The notes under the pieces are model-generated. The model was not told the DNA's origin. It did no database searches and saw nothing but the letters and a program-made list of their open reading frames with translations. Shown here in pieces: positions 35,637 through 45,950 of a DNA stretch of 64,000 nt (the stretch's first letter is position 1; each line of letters begins with the position of its first letter). This DNA comes from an uncultured delta proteobacterium. GTDB lineage: Bacteria > Myxococcota > UBA727 > VGSZ01. The position numbers were made by a program, and so were the translations under genes. The DNA lies in NCBI GenBank assembly GCA_963775425.1, contig CAVZJB010000005.1:512001-576000 (forward strand). The letters run 5' to 3'.

Positions 35637-36278
35637 ATGAAGAAGCTCTGCGTCTTCTGCGCCGCCCTCGGCCTCGTCGCCGCCGCCGGTTGCAAGACCA
35701 CCACCAACAGCATTCGCGTCCCCCGCATCGGCGTGGTCGCGCAGGATCTCGAGCGCAATGAATACGTCGTGCTCGGGAACGCCGAGGGCGAGTCCTGCGT
35801 CGAGCAGAGCTGCTGGTTCGGCTTCTTTTGCTCCGTGAAGGACGACGCGGGCAACAGCATCAACGTCGTCGACGACAACGGCGTCGAGCTGCTCGGTGCG
35901 GGGCTCGGCTCGAGCGACGACGTCGCCTACGTCGCCGAGGATCGCGCGATGTACGGTGCGCTGCAGAAGCAGAAGGACGCCGACGCGGTGTTCACGCCGC
36001 GAAAGACCATGGAGCTCGAGACGAAGTCCGTGTTCGTCAACTCGAGCATCAAGGCGTGCGTGCACGTGTTCGGAAAGAGCGTGCGCATCAAGACCGACGA
36101 GGAGCTGGCAGCGGGCTCGGCCGCCGCCGCGCCGCCGCCGCCGCCGCCGCCGCCGTCCGCGGCGCCGCCGCCGTCCGCGGAGCCGCCGCCGCCCGCGCCC
36201 GCGCAGACGGCGCCTCCTCCGTCCGCGACGCCGCCCGCGGAGCCGCCGCCTCCCGCCCCGACGCCCTCGAACGGCTGA
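35637..36278 (+). CDS. Hypothetical lipoprotein (paralog of next gene)
   Basis: Lipobox AAAGC; EYVVLGNAEGESCVEQSC, AMYGAL...DADAVFTPR; Pro-rich tail. Confidence 0.75.
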   Translation: MKKLCVFCAALGLVAAAGCKTTTNSIRVPRIGVVAQDLERNEYVVLGNAEGESCVEQSCWFGFFCSVKDDAGNSINVVDDNGVELLGAGLGSSDDVAYVAEDRAMYGALQKQKDADAVFTPRKTMELETKSVFVNSSIKACVHVFGKSVRIKTDEELAAGSAAAAPPPPPPPPSAAPPPSAEPPPPAPAQTAPPPSATPPAEPPPPAPTPSNG

Positions 36279-36309
36279 GCCCCTCACCGACCTCACAGGA
36301 GAAATCCCC

Positions 36310-36837
36310 ATGACGCACCCAAAGACCGTCGCCCTCTGCGCCGTCGCGCTCGCCTTCACGGCCGCGTGCGGCACCACCAGGATCGCCACCATCCCGGGCA
36401 TGGACATCACCACGCGGCTCGGCCGCGCCGACTACGTCGTGCTCGGCACCGCCACGGGCCAGGCCTGCGCGGAGGAGAGCTGCTTCCTCGGGAGCTGCAG
36501 CAAGAAGGCGAGCGTCGCCGGCGAGGAGCTCCTCGACGGCCGCTCCGAGTCGGAGAGCCTGCGCAACGCGCGCACGGCCAAGGTGGACCTCGGACCGCTG
36601 GCGTTCCTGTTCGGCACCGGCGGCGGCGGAACGAGCGGCAAGAACATCGCCAAGAGCATCGCGATGTACAAAGCCATCGCGTCCATCCCCGAAGCCGACG
36701 CCATGCTGAGCCCGCGCTACGACGTGGAGACCTCGGAGGACACCGTGCCGTTCATCTCGCGCACGGTGAAGTCCTGCGTCACCGTCCGTGGCAAGGCCGT
36801 GCACATCAAGTCCGACGAGGAGATGGCCCGCAAGTGA
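36310..36837 (+). CDS. Hypothetical lipoprotein (paralog of previous gene)
   Basis: AGGAG RBS, lipobox FTAAC; DYVVLGTATGQACAEESC, AMYKAI...EADAMLSPR, CVTVRGKAVHIKSDEE. Confidence 0.75.
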   Translation: MTHPKTVALCAVALAFTAACGTTRIATIPGMDITTRLGRADYVVLGTATGQACAEESCFLGSCSKKASVAGEELLDGRSESESLRNARTAKVDLGPLAFLFGTGGGGTSGKNIAKSIAMYKAIASIPEADAMLSPRYDVETSEDTVPFISRTVKSCVTVRGKAVHIKSDEEMARK

Positions 36838-36846
36838 GCCTGTGGG

Positions 36847-37983
36847 TCACACCAGGCTGCGCGCGATGATCTCTTTCATGATCTCGGTGGTGCCGCCGTA
36901 GATGCGCTGCACCCGGGCGTCGAGGTACGCCTTGGCGATGGGGTACTCCATCATGTAGCCGTAGCCGCCGAAGAGCTGCAGGCAGCCGTCCACCACGCGC
37001 CCGAGCATCTCACTGCACCAGTACTTCGCCATCGACGCCTCGACGGTGAGGTTCTCTTCCTTCTCGAGGCGGCGGATGCAGTCGTCGACGAACGTTTCGC
37101 CGAGCTTCTGCTCGGTGGCCATCTCGGCCAGGCGGAACTTGGTGTTCTGGAACGCCGAGATCGGCTTGCCGAAGGCCTTGCGGTCCTTCACGTAGTCGAT
37201 GGTGGTCTCGAGGCACGCGGCGGCGCCGGCCACCGAGGCGATGGCGATGACCATGCGCTCCTGCGCGAGCTGCTTCATCAGGTAGATGAAGCCCTGGCCG
37301 CGCTCGCCGATCAGCATGCCCTTGGGCACGCGGCAGTCCTCGAAGTGCATCTCCGAGGTGTCCTGCGCGTGCATGCCGATCTTCTCGAGGCGCTTGCCGC
37401 GCACGAAGCCCTTGGCGTCCGACGGCACGACGATGAGCGATTGTGTGGACCAGCCGTCGCCCTCCTCGGTGCGCGCGACGACGATGGTGAGGTCGCAGAG
37501 CTGGCCGTTGCTGATGAAGGTCTTGCTGCCGTTGATGACCCACTCGTCGCCGTCGAGCACCGCCTTGGTCTTGATGCCCTGCAGATCGCTGCCCGTGCCC
37601 GGCTCGCTCATGGCGATGGCGCCGATGAGCTTGCCGGAGGCCATGCCGGGCAGGAAGCGCTGCTTCAGCTCGTCGGTGCCGAAGTTCTCGATGTACGGCG
37701 CGACGATGTCCGAGTGCAAAGAGAACGCGACGCCGGAGGCGTGGGCGCGGGAGATCTCCTCCTGGACGACGGCGGCGTAGCGAAACGGCAGGCCGCTGCC
37801 GCCGTAGTCCGGCGACTGCGGGATGCAGAGGAAGCCGGCCGCGCCCGCCTTCTCCCACAGCGCGCGCGGGACCACGCCGTCGCGCTCCCACTGCGGGTGA
37901 AACGGCTTCACCTCCTTTTCGAAGAACTTGCGGACGGAGTCGCGAAAGGCGCGGAGGTCGTCGTCGTACATGGACTCGTGCAT
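36847..37983 (-). CDS. Acyl-CoA dehydrogenase (long-chain type)
   Basis: AIAMSEPGTGSDLQG, NGSKTFISNG, RKAFGKPISAFQN, LQLFGGYGYMMEY, IYGGTTEIMK. Confidence 0.95.
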   Translation of the reverse strand: MHESMYDDDLRAFRDSVRKFFEKEVKPFHPQWERDGVVPRALWEKAGAAGFLCIPQSPDYGGSGLPFRYAAVVQEEISRAHASGVAFSLHSDIVAPYIENFGTDELKQRFLPGMASGKLIGAIAMSEPGTGSDLQGIKTKAVLDGDEWVINGSKTFISNGQLCDLTIVVARTEEGDGWSTQSLIVVPSDAKGFVRGKRLEKIGMHAQDTSEMHFEDCRVPKGMLIGERGQGFIYLMKQLAQERMVIAIASVAGAAACLETTIDYVKDRKAFGKPISAFQNTKFRLAEMATEQKLGETFVDDCIRRLEKEENLTVEASMAKYWCSEMLGRVVDGCLQLFGGYGYMMEYPIAKAYLDARVQRIYGGTTEIMKEIIARSLV

Positions 37984-38000
37984 GAGCCCTTGGTAGCGAC

Positions 38001-38020
38001 GATTGACATTTGTGTCAATC
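38001..38020. promoter_or_regulatory. Palindrome TTGAC-N6-GTCAA (copy 1)
   Basis: GATTGACATTTGTGTCAATC just upstream of the acyl-CoA dehydrogenase start; same motif twice at the fadI/fadE divergent promoter. Confidence 0.7.
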
Positions 38021-38638
38021 CGCCGTGTCGCCGCCCCAGAACGCCGCGGCGCGGCGCCGCACCAGCTCCGCCTCGATCGTCGGATCCATGGTGCCGAGGG
38101 CCCGCTGCTCGAGGAGGTCGAACCAGGGGAGCGCGCGCGTCTCGGTGGCGAGGCGGCGGACGAGCTCGTCGGTCTTGCCGATGACCTTGGCGGGAACGCC
38201 GCCGACGATGGTGCCCTCGGGCACGTCGCGGGTGACGATGGCGCCGGCCGCGACGATGGCGCGAGGGCCGATGGTGACGCCGCCGAGGACGACGGCGTTG
38301 TAGCCGATGAAGACGTCGTCCTTGATGTCGATCTTGCCGACGCCCTCGAGCCGGACGCCGTACGCCCGCTCGAGGACGCTGACGCTGCCGTCGTGCCCGA
38401 TGAGGGCGCACTTGCTGAGGACGACGTTGTTGCCGATGCGCACGTAGGCCGGATCGGTGATCTCGACGCCGGGCAGGATCATGACGTCGTCGCCGATGGC
38501 GGCGAGGCGGCCGTGGCGCCGCATCCAGTCGGCGTGGTCGACGCCGTCGTGGTGGTAGAGGCGGCGGTACACGCGGTAGCCGATGCCGTGCTCGATCGAG
38601 AGCTTGCGAAGGTAGGGACGAAGTGCGCGCCGGATCAC
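38015..38638 (-). CDS. Hexapeptide-repeat (LbH) acyltransferase
   Basis: [61 protein letters not shown]; start estimated at GTG 38638. Confidence 0.85.
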   Translation of the reverse strand: MIRRALRPYLRKLSIEHGIGYRVYRRLYHHDGVDHADWMRRHGRLAAIGDDVMILPGVEITDPAYVRIGNNVVLSKCALIGHDGSVSVLERAYGVRLEGVGKIDIKDDVFIGYNAVVLGGVTIGPRAIVAAGAIVTRDVPEGTIVGGVPAKVIGKTDELVRRLATETRALPWFDLLEQRALGTMDPTIEAELVRRRAAAFWGGDTAD

Positions 38639-38699
38639 AGGTGTGCAGCCTACCGCCCCGAGGCGACAACCGCGCGCGCCGGGCCGTCGTACCCCCCAC

Positions 38700-39419
38700 A
38701 TGACGACAGCCATCGACGCCTCCGAGCACCCCCACACGGGGGCGCACCGCCTCTTCGAGGCCTTCGGCATCGCGGCGGCGGCGGCGCTCCTCACGGGGAT
38801 CTCGCTGCGTACCGGCCGCGCCATCGTGGACGCACCGCGCCTGTCCTTCATCGCCGCGGGCGCGGCGCTCGCGGGCGTGGTCCTCGCGGACCTCTTCAGC
38901 GGCGTCGTCCACTGGGCCTTCGATCGCTACGGCGGCGAGGACACGCCGATCATCGGCGCGAGCTTCGTGAGGCCCTTTCGCCTGCACCACACGGATCCCG
39001 GCGACATCCTGCGCCACGGCTTCCTCGAGACCAACGGCAACACGTCGCTGGCGGTGGTGGTCCCGCTCTCGCTCCTGTTCGCGCTGCCCGTGTCGCGACC
39101 CGCCGGCCTGTTCGCGGTGGTGGCGCTGGCGACGGCGAGCCTGCTCGCCGTGCTCACCAACCAGCTCCACAAGTGGGCCCACGACGACGACCCGCCGGCG
39201 CTCGTCGCGCTGCTGCAGCGCTGCCACGTGATCCTCCCGCGCGATCACCACGCGCTGCACCACGCTCACCCGCACGAGACGCACTACTGCATCACCACCG
39301 GTTGGCTGAACGCCACGCTCGCAGGCGCGTGGCCCGCGCTCGAGCGAGCGCTCGCGCGCTGCGGCGTCGCCGCGCACCGGGACGCAGGCGCGCCGTCAGT
39401 CGAGCTTGAGGCCGACTGA
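38700..39419 (+). CDS. carF: Plasmanylethanolamine desaturase CarF/TMEM189 (FAD4-like) family
   Basis: [45 protein letters not shown]. Confidence 0.85.
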   Translation: MTTAIDASEHPHTGAHRLFEAFGIAAAAALLTGISLRTGRAIVDAPRLSFIAAGAALAGVVLADLFSGVVHWAFDRYGGEDTPIIGASFVRPFRLHHTDPGDILRHGFLETNGNTSLAVVVPLSLLFALPVSRPAGLFAVVALATASLLAVLTNQLHKWAHDDDPPALVALLQRCHVILPRDHHALHHAHPHETHYCITTGWLNATLAGAWPALERALARCGVAAHRDAGAPSVELEAD

Positions 39420-42400
39420 GACGCTCAACGACGGTCCCTCGCCGCTTCGCTCGAGGACCTTGTCCCCTTGCGTGAGGAGCGTCTCTCCGGCGAGGAGGTT
39501 CGCGGCCTTGGCGCTCAAGGAGAGGTTCCAGGGGAGGTCCTGCACGACGACGACATCGAGCTCGTGGAAGGGTTGTTCGTAGACGTCGGGCGCGCCGAGC
39601 ACGCCGACGTCGCGGATGCGCGCGCCGAAGACGTTGTACAGCACGGTGACGCTGCTGCCGTCGCGCTGCCAGCCGGCCTGCGCGTTCAGCACCCACGGAG
39701 ACTGGCCGGCCAGGGGGCGCGTCGTCGACGTCTGGACGCCGCCGTCCGGCAACTGCACCTGCGACCAGATGAGGGCGGCGTTGCCGCCGACGAAGAACGC
39801 GTCGAGCAACGGCGTCACGCGGCCGAGACCGGCGCGGGCCTCCAGCTCGGCGCCGGCGTTGACGGCGGAGTCGGCGTTGTCCCACGTGACGGCTTGGTCG
39901 GAGCCGGGCGTGATGACCTCCTCGATGGGGTTTTGAAAGCGCTTGGCGAACAGCGCCACCGACAGCGTCTCGGTGGGCGAGGGGTACCACTCGAAGCGCG
40001 CGTCGAGGTGCGCGATGGACGCGGACACGAGGTCCGCGTTGCCGTGGCGCGAGCGCCCCGCCGTGACGTCGGTGAACACCGCGGGTGACAGCTCGCGCAG
40101 CTCGGGGCGCGAGACGGTGAGCGCGCCGGCCACGCGCAACTGCATGTCGTCGGCGAACTCCCAGGTGAGCCCCGCGCTCGGCAGGACGTCGACGGAGTCG
40201 AGGTTCGCGAGCGCGGGCGTGGCGTCGGCGTTGAACAGCTCGAAGGTCTTCACGCCGATGTGCGACGCCTCGACGCGCGCGCCTGCCGACAGCATGAGGT
40301 CGAACGGGAGCGGGACGTCGGCGAGGGCGTAGGTGGATCCGATGAGCGAGAGCCCCTCGTAGTTGTCCGTCTTGCGCGTGGATTCGCTGAGGACGAAGCC
40401 GCCCGGGCCGATGTTGTCCGGCGTGAAGACCTCGTCGGCGTCGCGCTTGCGGACGTCCGCGGTGCCGACGGACTCGCCCTTGAAGAGGAACTTGAAGCGT
40501 CGTGTGTCGGCCGAGCGGCTCTTGGTGGTGAGGCCGATGCCGGTCTTGACGTCACCGTCCTCGAGCAAGGGCACCTTCCAGCTCAGCTCGGCGTCGTGGC
40601 TCTGGTCCATCAACGTCGAGTACAGGCGCTGGTTGCCCTCGGGACGGTCGGAGAGCAGCAGCGCGCCGCTGTTGGGGTCGCGGTCGTAGCGGGTCTCCCT
40701 CTGGTCGGGCTCGTCGCGGAGGGCGACGGCGTAGGCATAGCGCCACGACAGCGTGGAGGAGAGCCACGGCAGATCGTGCTCGCCCGAGAGCCGCTCGGAG
40801 AAGAGCGTGCGCTCCGTCCAGTCGATGCGGGTGGCGCGGACGTCGGCGCCGACGTCGCGGTCGAACCCGGAGAGCAGCCGCGCGTCGTCGTCGGTGACGC
40901 GCTGGAGGAACGTGGTGCACTGGAGCGCGAGGCCGGCGGCCTCGAGGCCGGTGCCGAGGAGGCCGCCGAGGCGAACGTTGCGGTCGACGCCCTCGACGGT
41001 GGCGTCCTCGAGGGGGGCGAGCGCGCCGCCGGTGCCGACGGCGTACTTGTGGTGCTCCTCGTCGCTGCGGGTCCAGTCCTGGGCCCAGGACGCGGAGCCG
41101 ATGACGCCGAGCCGGGCGCCGAAGAGGTCGAAGCGGTCGCCGAAGCCGACGCCGAGCGACGCCGAAGGGGGCACCGCCTCGCGGGTGGTGTCCCAGGTGC
41201 GCGGGAGGCTCTCGCCGAGGCGCTCGAGCTCGGCGGGGGCGTACCCGCCGGGGACGAGGGTGCTCTTCTCGGCCAGGGGCCCGCGGGCGGAGGCGGCGAC
41301 GAGGCCGGCGGGCATCGCGCGGGCGCCGTCGTCCACGCCGAGGAAGTCGAGGCCGCCGCCCTGGGCCCGGGGCCCCGGAGCGAGAGTGGTCCCGAGCGTG
41401 CCTGCGAGACTTCCATGAATATCGAAGTATGGCTTCTCCGGGATGCGGCGGCTCTGGAGGAGCACGGCGCCGCCGCCGAAGTCGCCCGGGAGGTCCGGCG
41501 ACCAGGTCTTTTGGACGACGACGCTCGAGAGCGCTCCGGCGGGGAACATGTCGAGGGGGACCACGCGGCGCTCGGGCTCGGGGGACGGCAAGGTGGCGCC
41601 GTCGAGGAGCGTCGACGAGTAGCGCTCGCCGAGGCCGCGCACGTAGACGTACTTGCCGCCGACGACGGTGAGGCCGGTGGCGCGCTTGAGCGCGGCTGCG
41701 GCGTCGGCGTCGCCGGAGCGCCGCATCTGATCGCTCCCGATGACCTCGACCACCTGATGCTCTTCGCGTTTGACGTCGACGGAGGCGGCGAGGGCGCCCT
41801 CGATGTACGGCGCGTGGACCACGAGCTCGTCCAGCTCGGACGCCGCGGGCACGAGCTCGACGCGCAGCGCGGCGGCGCTCGCGGGCACCTCGACGACGCG
41901 GGGGGCCGAGCGCGGGTGGATGAACGAGAGGCTCGCCGGGCCCGCGGGGAGGGCGGCGCTCAGGTGGCCGGCGCCGTCGGTGACGCCGAGGGCGCCGCCG
42001 CCCTGGAGGTAACAGCGCACCTCGGGGAGGGCGGCGCCGTCGAGCGCATTGACGACGGTGAGGACGACGCTCCTGGTCTGGGATGACCCTACGACGCTCG
42101 CGCGATTATCGGACTGAGGGGCGTCGGCGGGGTCCGCGCCGGGCGCGTCGATGGTGACGCCGCAGCCGGCGGGCCCCGATCGCACGGTCGCGATGACGTC
42201 TGCGACCTGGCCCGGGCCGACGCGGACCCGCACCTGCGCCCGGCACCCGCCGCGCACCTCCGGCGTCTCGGGCGCCTCGACCACGAGCAGGTGGGCGCCC
42301 GCGTCGACGTCGAGGACCGCGCGTCCGTCGAGGTCCGTCACGCGCCCGGTGCCGCCGTCCGCATGAACGACGAGGGCCGCGGGGCGCCCCTCGCCGTCGA

Positions 42401-42533
42401 ACGCGACCACCGAGATGACGGCCCGCGCGTCGTCGCGCGCCGCGTCCTCGCCGGACGCGTGGGCGGCGGGCTCACGCGCCGCGTCCGCCGCCGCCGGCGT
42501 CGCCGCGGCCGCGAGCGCGAAGAGGGCCGTCAT
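39396..42533 (-). CDS. TonB-dependent outer-membrane receptor with N-terminal extension
   Basis: Plug DAAAALKRATGLTVVGGKYVYVRGLGERYSSTLLDG...PLDMFP, beta-barrel strands, C-terminal AANLL...LSVSVGLKL. Confidence 0.9.
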   Translation of the reverse strand: MTALFALAAAATPAAADAAREPAAHASGEDAARDDARAVISVVAFDGEGRPAALVVHADGGTGRVTDLDGRAVLDVDAGAHLLVVEAPETPEVRGGCRAQVRVRVGPGQVADVIATVRSGPAGCGVTIDAPGADPADAPQSDNRASVVGSSQTRSVVLTVVNALDGAALPEVRCYLQGGGALGVTDGAGHLSAALPAGPASLSFIHPRSAPRVVEVPASAAALRVELVPAASELDELVVHAPYIEGALAASVDVKREEHQVVEVIGSDQMRRSGDADAAAALKRATGLTVVGGKYVYVRGLGERYSSTLLDGATLPSPEPERRVVPLDMFPAGALSSVVVQKTWSPDLPGDFGGGAVLLQSRRIPEKPYFDIHGSLAGTLGTTLAPGPRAQGGGLDFLGVDDGARAMPAGLVAASARGPLAEKSTLVPGGYAPAELERLGESLPRTWDTTREAVPPSASLGVGFGDRFDLFGARLGVIGSASWAQDWTRSDEEHHKYAVGTGGALAPLEDATVEGVDRNVRLGGLLGTGLEAAGLALQCTTFLQRVTDDDARLLSGFDRDVGADVRATRIDWTERTLFSERLSGEHDLPWLSSTLSWRYAYAVALRDEPDQRETRYDRDPNSGALLLSDRPEGNQRLYSTLMDQSHDAELSWKVPLLEDGDVKTGIGLTTKSRSADTRRFKFLFKGESVGTADVRKRDADEVFTPDNIGPGGFVLSESTRKTDNYEGLSLIGSTYALADVPLPFDLMLSAGARVEASHIGVKTFELFNADATPALANLDSVDVLPSAGLTWEFADDMQLRVAGALTVSRPELRELSPAVFTDVTAGRSRHGNADLVSASIAHLDARFEWYPSPTETLSVALFAKRFQNPIEEVITPGSDQAVTWDNADSAVNAGAELEARAGLGRVTPLLDAFFVGGNAALIWSQVQLPDGGVQTSTTRPLAGQSPWVLNAQAGWQRDGSSVTVLYNVFGARIRDVGVLGAPDVYEQPFHELDVVVVQDLPWNLSLSAKAANLLAGETLLTQGDKVLERSGEGPSLSVSVGLKLD

Positions 42534-43705
42534 CAGCGCGCGCACGGTCCCGTCCCTTCCCGGCAGACCGCGATGGCCGCGCGCAGGTCGGTCGCGCGCT
42601 CGAACCACGTGTCGCCGCCGACGCCGTCGAGCAGCGCGCTCGCGCGCTCGTCGTCACCTGTTTGGAAGTGCGCGTACGCCAGCGCGTACCGCACGGCGTC
42701 GTCGCTCACGAGCCCCGCGCGCGCGAGGCGCGGCTCCAGCGCCAGCGCGCGATCCCATTCGCGTCCGTCGACGAGGATCGCCAGGCGTTGGCGCAGGCGA
42801 GCGCCCGTGTCGGCGACGACGGCGTTGTCTTCCAGCGCCGCGCGCCGGTCCCCGGCCGAGCGCAACAGCTCCGCGGCGTCCGCGGACCTCGCCGGCGCGA
42901 GCAGCGCGCAGCGCTGCGCCGTGAGCGCCGCCAGCCGCGGCCGCGCCTCCATGCGCATCGCCAGCGCACAGAAGCGCGCGTCGTCCGGGAAGCGCGCGAG
43001 GCCCGCGTCCACCAGCAGCTCCGCCGCCGCCGTCGCCGTCGCCCGCAGCGACGACGCCAGCGCAGCGAGCTCGTCGGCGTCGAGCGCGGCGGCGACGTCG
43101 CGCGCGTCGTCTTCGTCGTCGAGCCCCGCGCCGCAGAGGAGCCGCAGCCGCTCCGCGCGCAGCCGCGTCGTCGCGTGCGCCGCGATGCCGGCGTTCAAGT
43201 CATCGACGGCGCGCGCGAGGTTCCCCGCGCGCTTGTCGCAGTCCGCCTGCACGAGCACCGCCTTGTCGTCGACGTGCACGGCGTCACCTGCCCGGGAAAG
43301 CGCGGCGAGCGCCGCCTCGCAGCGGCCCGCGGCGCGCTCTGCCGTGCCCAGCGCGATCTCCATGCTCGTCGACAGCGCCGCGCCGCTGTTCTGCGCCGCC
43401 GCCTGCGCCGCGCGCAGGGGCGCCGCCGCCTCCGCGTCGCGGCCCACCGCGAGGAGGGCGAGCCCCTGTAGGCGCGCGCGGCGGAACGCGTGTCGCGCCG
43501 CGGGCGGGTCCGCGACACGCCCGAGCGCATCGAGCGCCGTCTTGGCGTCGCCGTGGGCGAGCGCCTCCTCGGCCTGCGCGAGCGCGAGCTCGTCGTGCGC
43601 GTCGGGCGCCGGCGCGTGGTGCCGCCGCGCGAGCGCCGGCGCGGTCCACAGCGCAACGACGAGCGCGACGGCGAGGGAGCTTCGTCGGGCGGCGATCGTG
43701 CTCAT
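42533..43705 (-). CDS. Periplasmic TPR-like protein of the TonB operon
   Basis: Signal peptide, Ala/Leu helical repeats, VRYALAYAHFQTGD; overlaps both neighbours. Confidence 0.65.
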   Translation of the reverse strand: MSTIAARRSSLAVALVVALWTAPALARRHHAPAPDAHDELALAQAEEALAHGDAKTALDALGRVADPPAARHAFRRARLQGLALLAVGRDAEAAAPLRAAQAAAQNSGAALSTSMEIALGTAERAAGRCEAALAALSRAGDAVHVDDKAVLVQADCDKRAGNLARAVDDLNAGIAAHATTRLRAERLRLLCGAGLDDEDDARDVAAALDADELAALASSLRATATAAAELLVDAGLARFPDDARFCALAMRMEARPRLAALTAQRCALLAPARSADAAELLRSAGDRRAALEDNAVVADTGARLRQRLAILVDGREWDRALALEPRLARAGLVSDDAVRYALAYAHFQTGDDERASALLDGVGGDTWFERATDLRAAIAVCREGTGPCAR

Positions 43706-44757
43706 GCGTGATCCAGCGTGAAGCGAATGACCTGCCGCACCCAGGCCTGCGTCGGGCGCCCGGCGGCGGTGGCCGGCTCGAAGGAGAACCGGCGCGCGGC
43801 GGCGACGGCGGCGTCGTCGAACACGCCCGGGGGGTCGGCGTCGAGCACGCGGACGTCGCGCACCTGGCCGCGCTCGTCGACGAGGAGCTGGAGCACCACG
43901 CGCCCCTCGAGGCCCTTGTGTCGCGCGCTCGCAGGGTACTGCGGCGCCGCTCGCGACAGCGCGCGAGGAGGGCGCGGCGGCTCCTTGGGCTGCGCTTGTT
44001 CGTCGTCGGGCGGCGCCGGAGGAGCGAGGGCGCCGATCCCGCCGAAGCCGCCCGCGGCGTCGCCGTCCCCGCCGCCGTCGCCCGCCGCGTCCGCGAAGAA
44101 GCTCGGGGCGAACGACGGCGCCGCCGGGGCCGGCGCCAAAGACGGCGCGGCGGCGCGACGCGTCGCCTTCGGCGGTGGCGGCGGCGCCAGGGGCGGATCT
44201 TCCGGCGGGAGCTCTTCGCTCGGCGCGATGGCCATGGCCATGGTGGTGGCGTGCGCGCGCTGCGGGCGGCGCGTCAGCGACCAGGCGCCGAACGCGAGGT
44301 GCGCGAGGAGCGCGCCCGTCAGCGCCACGGCGACGAGCCGCAGCGCGCGGACGAGCCCGCGCTTTTCGCCGACGATGTGGTCCGCGGAGATGACCGCGGG
44401 CGCAGCCGGAGCGCCGCTTCGGTCGCGCGGGGCGGCGCCGCACGCCTGCAGCGCCCGCAGCCGGCGGCGCAGGCGCTCGTCCGTCGAGGGAAAGGCGCGC
44501 AGCGGACCGGCGTCGCGCGCGAGGGGGCGCGGCCGCCGATCCGCGGACGCGTCGAACGCGCCCGCTTCGGACGTCGCCGCGCGCGAGGCCTCGGCGACGG
44601 CGGCGGCGGGGATGCGCAGGCGCGGCCAACCGGCGACGCGCGGGCGCGCGCGGCGCAGGCCGGACGCGGGCGCGGCGTCCCGGCTCGCCGGCATCTTCAG
44701 CCGGAGCACGACGACGCCCGTCGGGCGGGTCGCGCGGTCGTCGGGGGCGCGGCTCAC
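43702..44757 (-). CDS. tonB: Energy transducer TonB (start uncertain)
   Basis: TM with His (ALLAHLAF), Pro-rich linker, PQYPASARHKGLEGRVVLQLLVDERGQV...FDDAAVAAARRFSFEPA. Confidence 0.8.
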   Translation of the reverse strand: MSRAPDDRATRPTGVVVLRLKMPASRDAAPASGLRRARPRVAGWPRLRIPAAAVAEASRAATSEAGAFDASADRRPRPLARDAGPLRAFPSTDERLRRRLRALQACGAAPRDRSGAPAAPAVISADHIVGEKRGLVRALRLVAVALTGALLAHLAFGAWSLTRRPQRAHATTMAMAIAPSEELPPEDPPLAPPPPPKATRRAAAPSLAPAPAAPSFAPSFFADAAGDGGGDGDAAGGFGGIGALAPPAPPDDEQAQPKEPPRPPRALSRAAPQYPASARHKGLEGRVVLQLLVDERGQVRDVRVLDADPPGVFDDAAVAAARRFSFEPATAAGRPTQAWVRQVIRFTLDHA

Positions 44758-45950
44758 GCCGTCCTCGCCGCCCGCGCGGCGGCGACGAGGCGCAGGGCGC
44801 CGCGCTCGAGGACGACTTTGAGGCGCTCGCCCGCGCCGCGCGTGAGCACCCACAGAGCGGCCGCGGGGACGCCGAGGAGGAACGGCAGCGCCGCGCCGGC
44901 GGGGTGCGGGGCGGGCCCGAAGCACGCGGCGGCCGCGAGGGCCAGCGCGGAGAGCGCGGAGGCGACGAAGACCCGCTCGCGCCGGTCGACGCGCGCGCCC
45001 TCGTCGAGGAGCGCGTCGCCCGCTTCGTCGAGGACGGCGTCGTCGTCCGCGGCGCGCGCGGCGGCGGCCACGGTGGCGGCGAGGGCGGCCCCGGCCCGGC
45101 CGGCGGCGCGGCACACGACCTCGGCGGTGGCGGTGTCGCCGACCTCGACGAGACGGACCGCGCGGGCGAGCACGGCGTTCGCGCGCTTCTTGTCGCGAAC
45201 GAGCAGGACGAGGTGCGCCGCGCCGAGGAGCACCGAGAGGAGCGCGAGCGCGCCGGCCCCCGCGCCGAACGGACCTCCCGCGCGGGCGACGAGGCCGGGC
45301 GCCTCGTCCGCGGCGAGGGCGCGCGCGGGGCTCGACAACAAGAGCGGGAGCGGGCCGTCGCCGTCGACGAACGCGCGCGCGTCGGCGGTGTCGGCGCCCT
45401 CCACCACCTGCGGCGGCGCATCGCCGAGCGACGCCAGCGGGCCGGCGGCGTGGGCGGCGGCGCCCACGCGCGCGACGTGCCCCACTTCGAGAATCCTTCC
45501 AGTGACGAAGTCACCGTCCGCGGAGAAGAACCCGCTGTCCATCGCGCGCGTCCGGGACCCGCGCTCGACGTCTTTGGCGGCGGCGGCGAGGACGGCCTCG
45601 AGGTCGCCGTCGGCGTGCACGCCGCGCTTTGCCAGGGCGGCCTTGAGGGAGCGCACGGCGGGGACGAGCGACGCGTCGTCGACGGCGCCGGCCCGCTCGA
45701 GCTCGGAGATCCGGGCGGCGATGCCGTCGGTCCTCGCGCGCTCCGCGACGAGCGTGGCCTCGAGGCCGGCCAGCTTGGCGCGCTCGGCGGCGGCGCGCGC
45801 GGCGCTCTCCTTGTCGACGTCGACCTTGGCGGCGCGCAGCGCGTCGCGCTCGGCCTCGAGCAGCGCGATCTCCCTCTTGTAGGCGGTCGCGAGCGACGGC
45901 GCGTGCGCCGGGCTCGGCGCGGCGGCGAGGAGCATGGCGAGGACGATCAT
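44754..45950 (-). CDS. TtpC-like MotA/TolQ/ExbB-related protein, degenerate
   Basis: Signal, coiled coil (AYKREIALLEAERDAL), FFSADG, C-terminal TM helices; the canonical ExbB PLLGLLGTV motif is absent. Confidence 0.55.
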   Translation of the reverse strand: MIVLAMLLAAAPSPAHAPSLATAYKREIALLEAERDALRAAKVDVDKESAARAAAERAKLAGLEATLVAERARTDGIAARISELERAGAVDDASLVPAVRSLKAALAKRGVHADGDLEAVLAAAAKDVERGSRTRAMDSGFFSADGDFVTGRILEVGHVARVGAAAHAAGPLASLGDAPPQVVEGADTADARAFVDGDGPLPLLLSSPARALAADEAPGLVARAGGPFGAGAGALALLSVLLGAAHLVLLVRDKKRANAVLARAVRLVEVGDTATAEVVCRAAGRAGAALAATVAAAARAADDDAVLDEAGDALLDEGARVDRRERVFVASALSALALAAAACFGPAPHPAGAALPFLLGVPAAALWVLTRGAGERLKVVLERGALRLVAAARAARTA

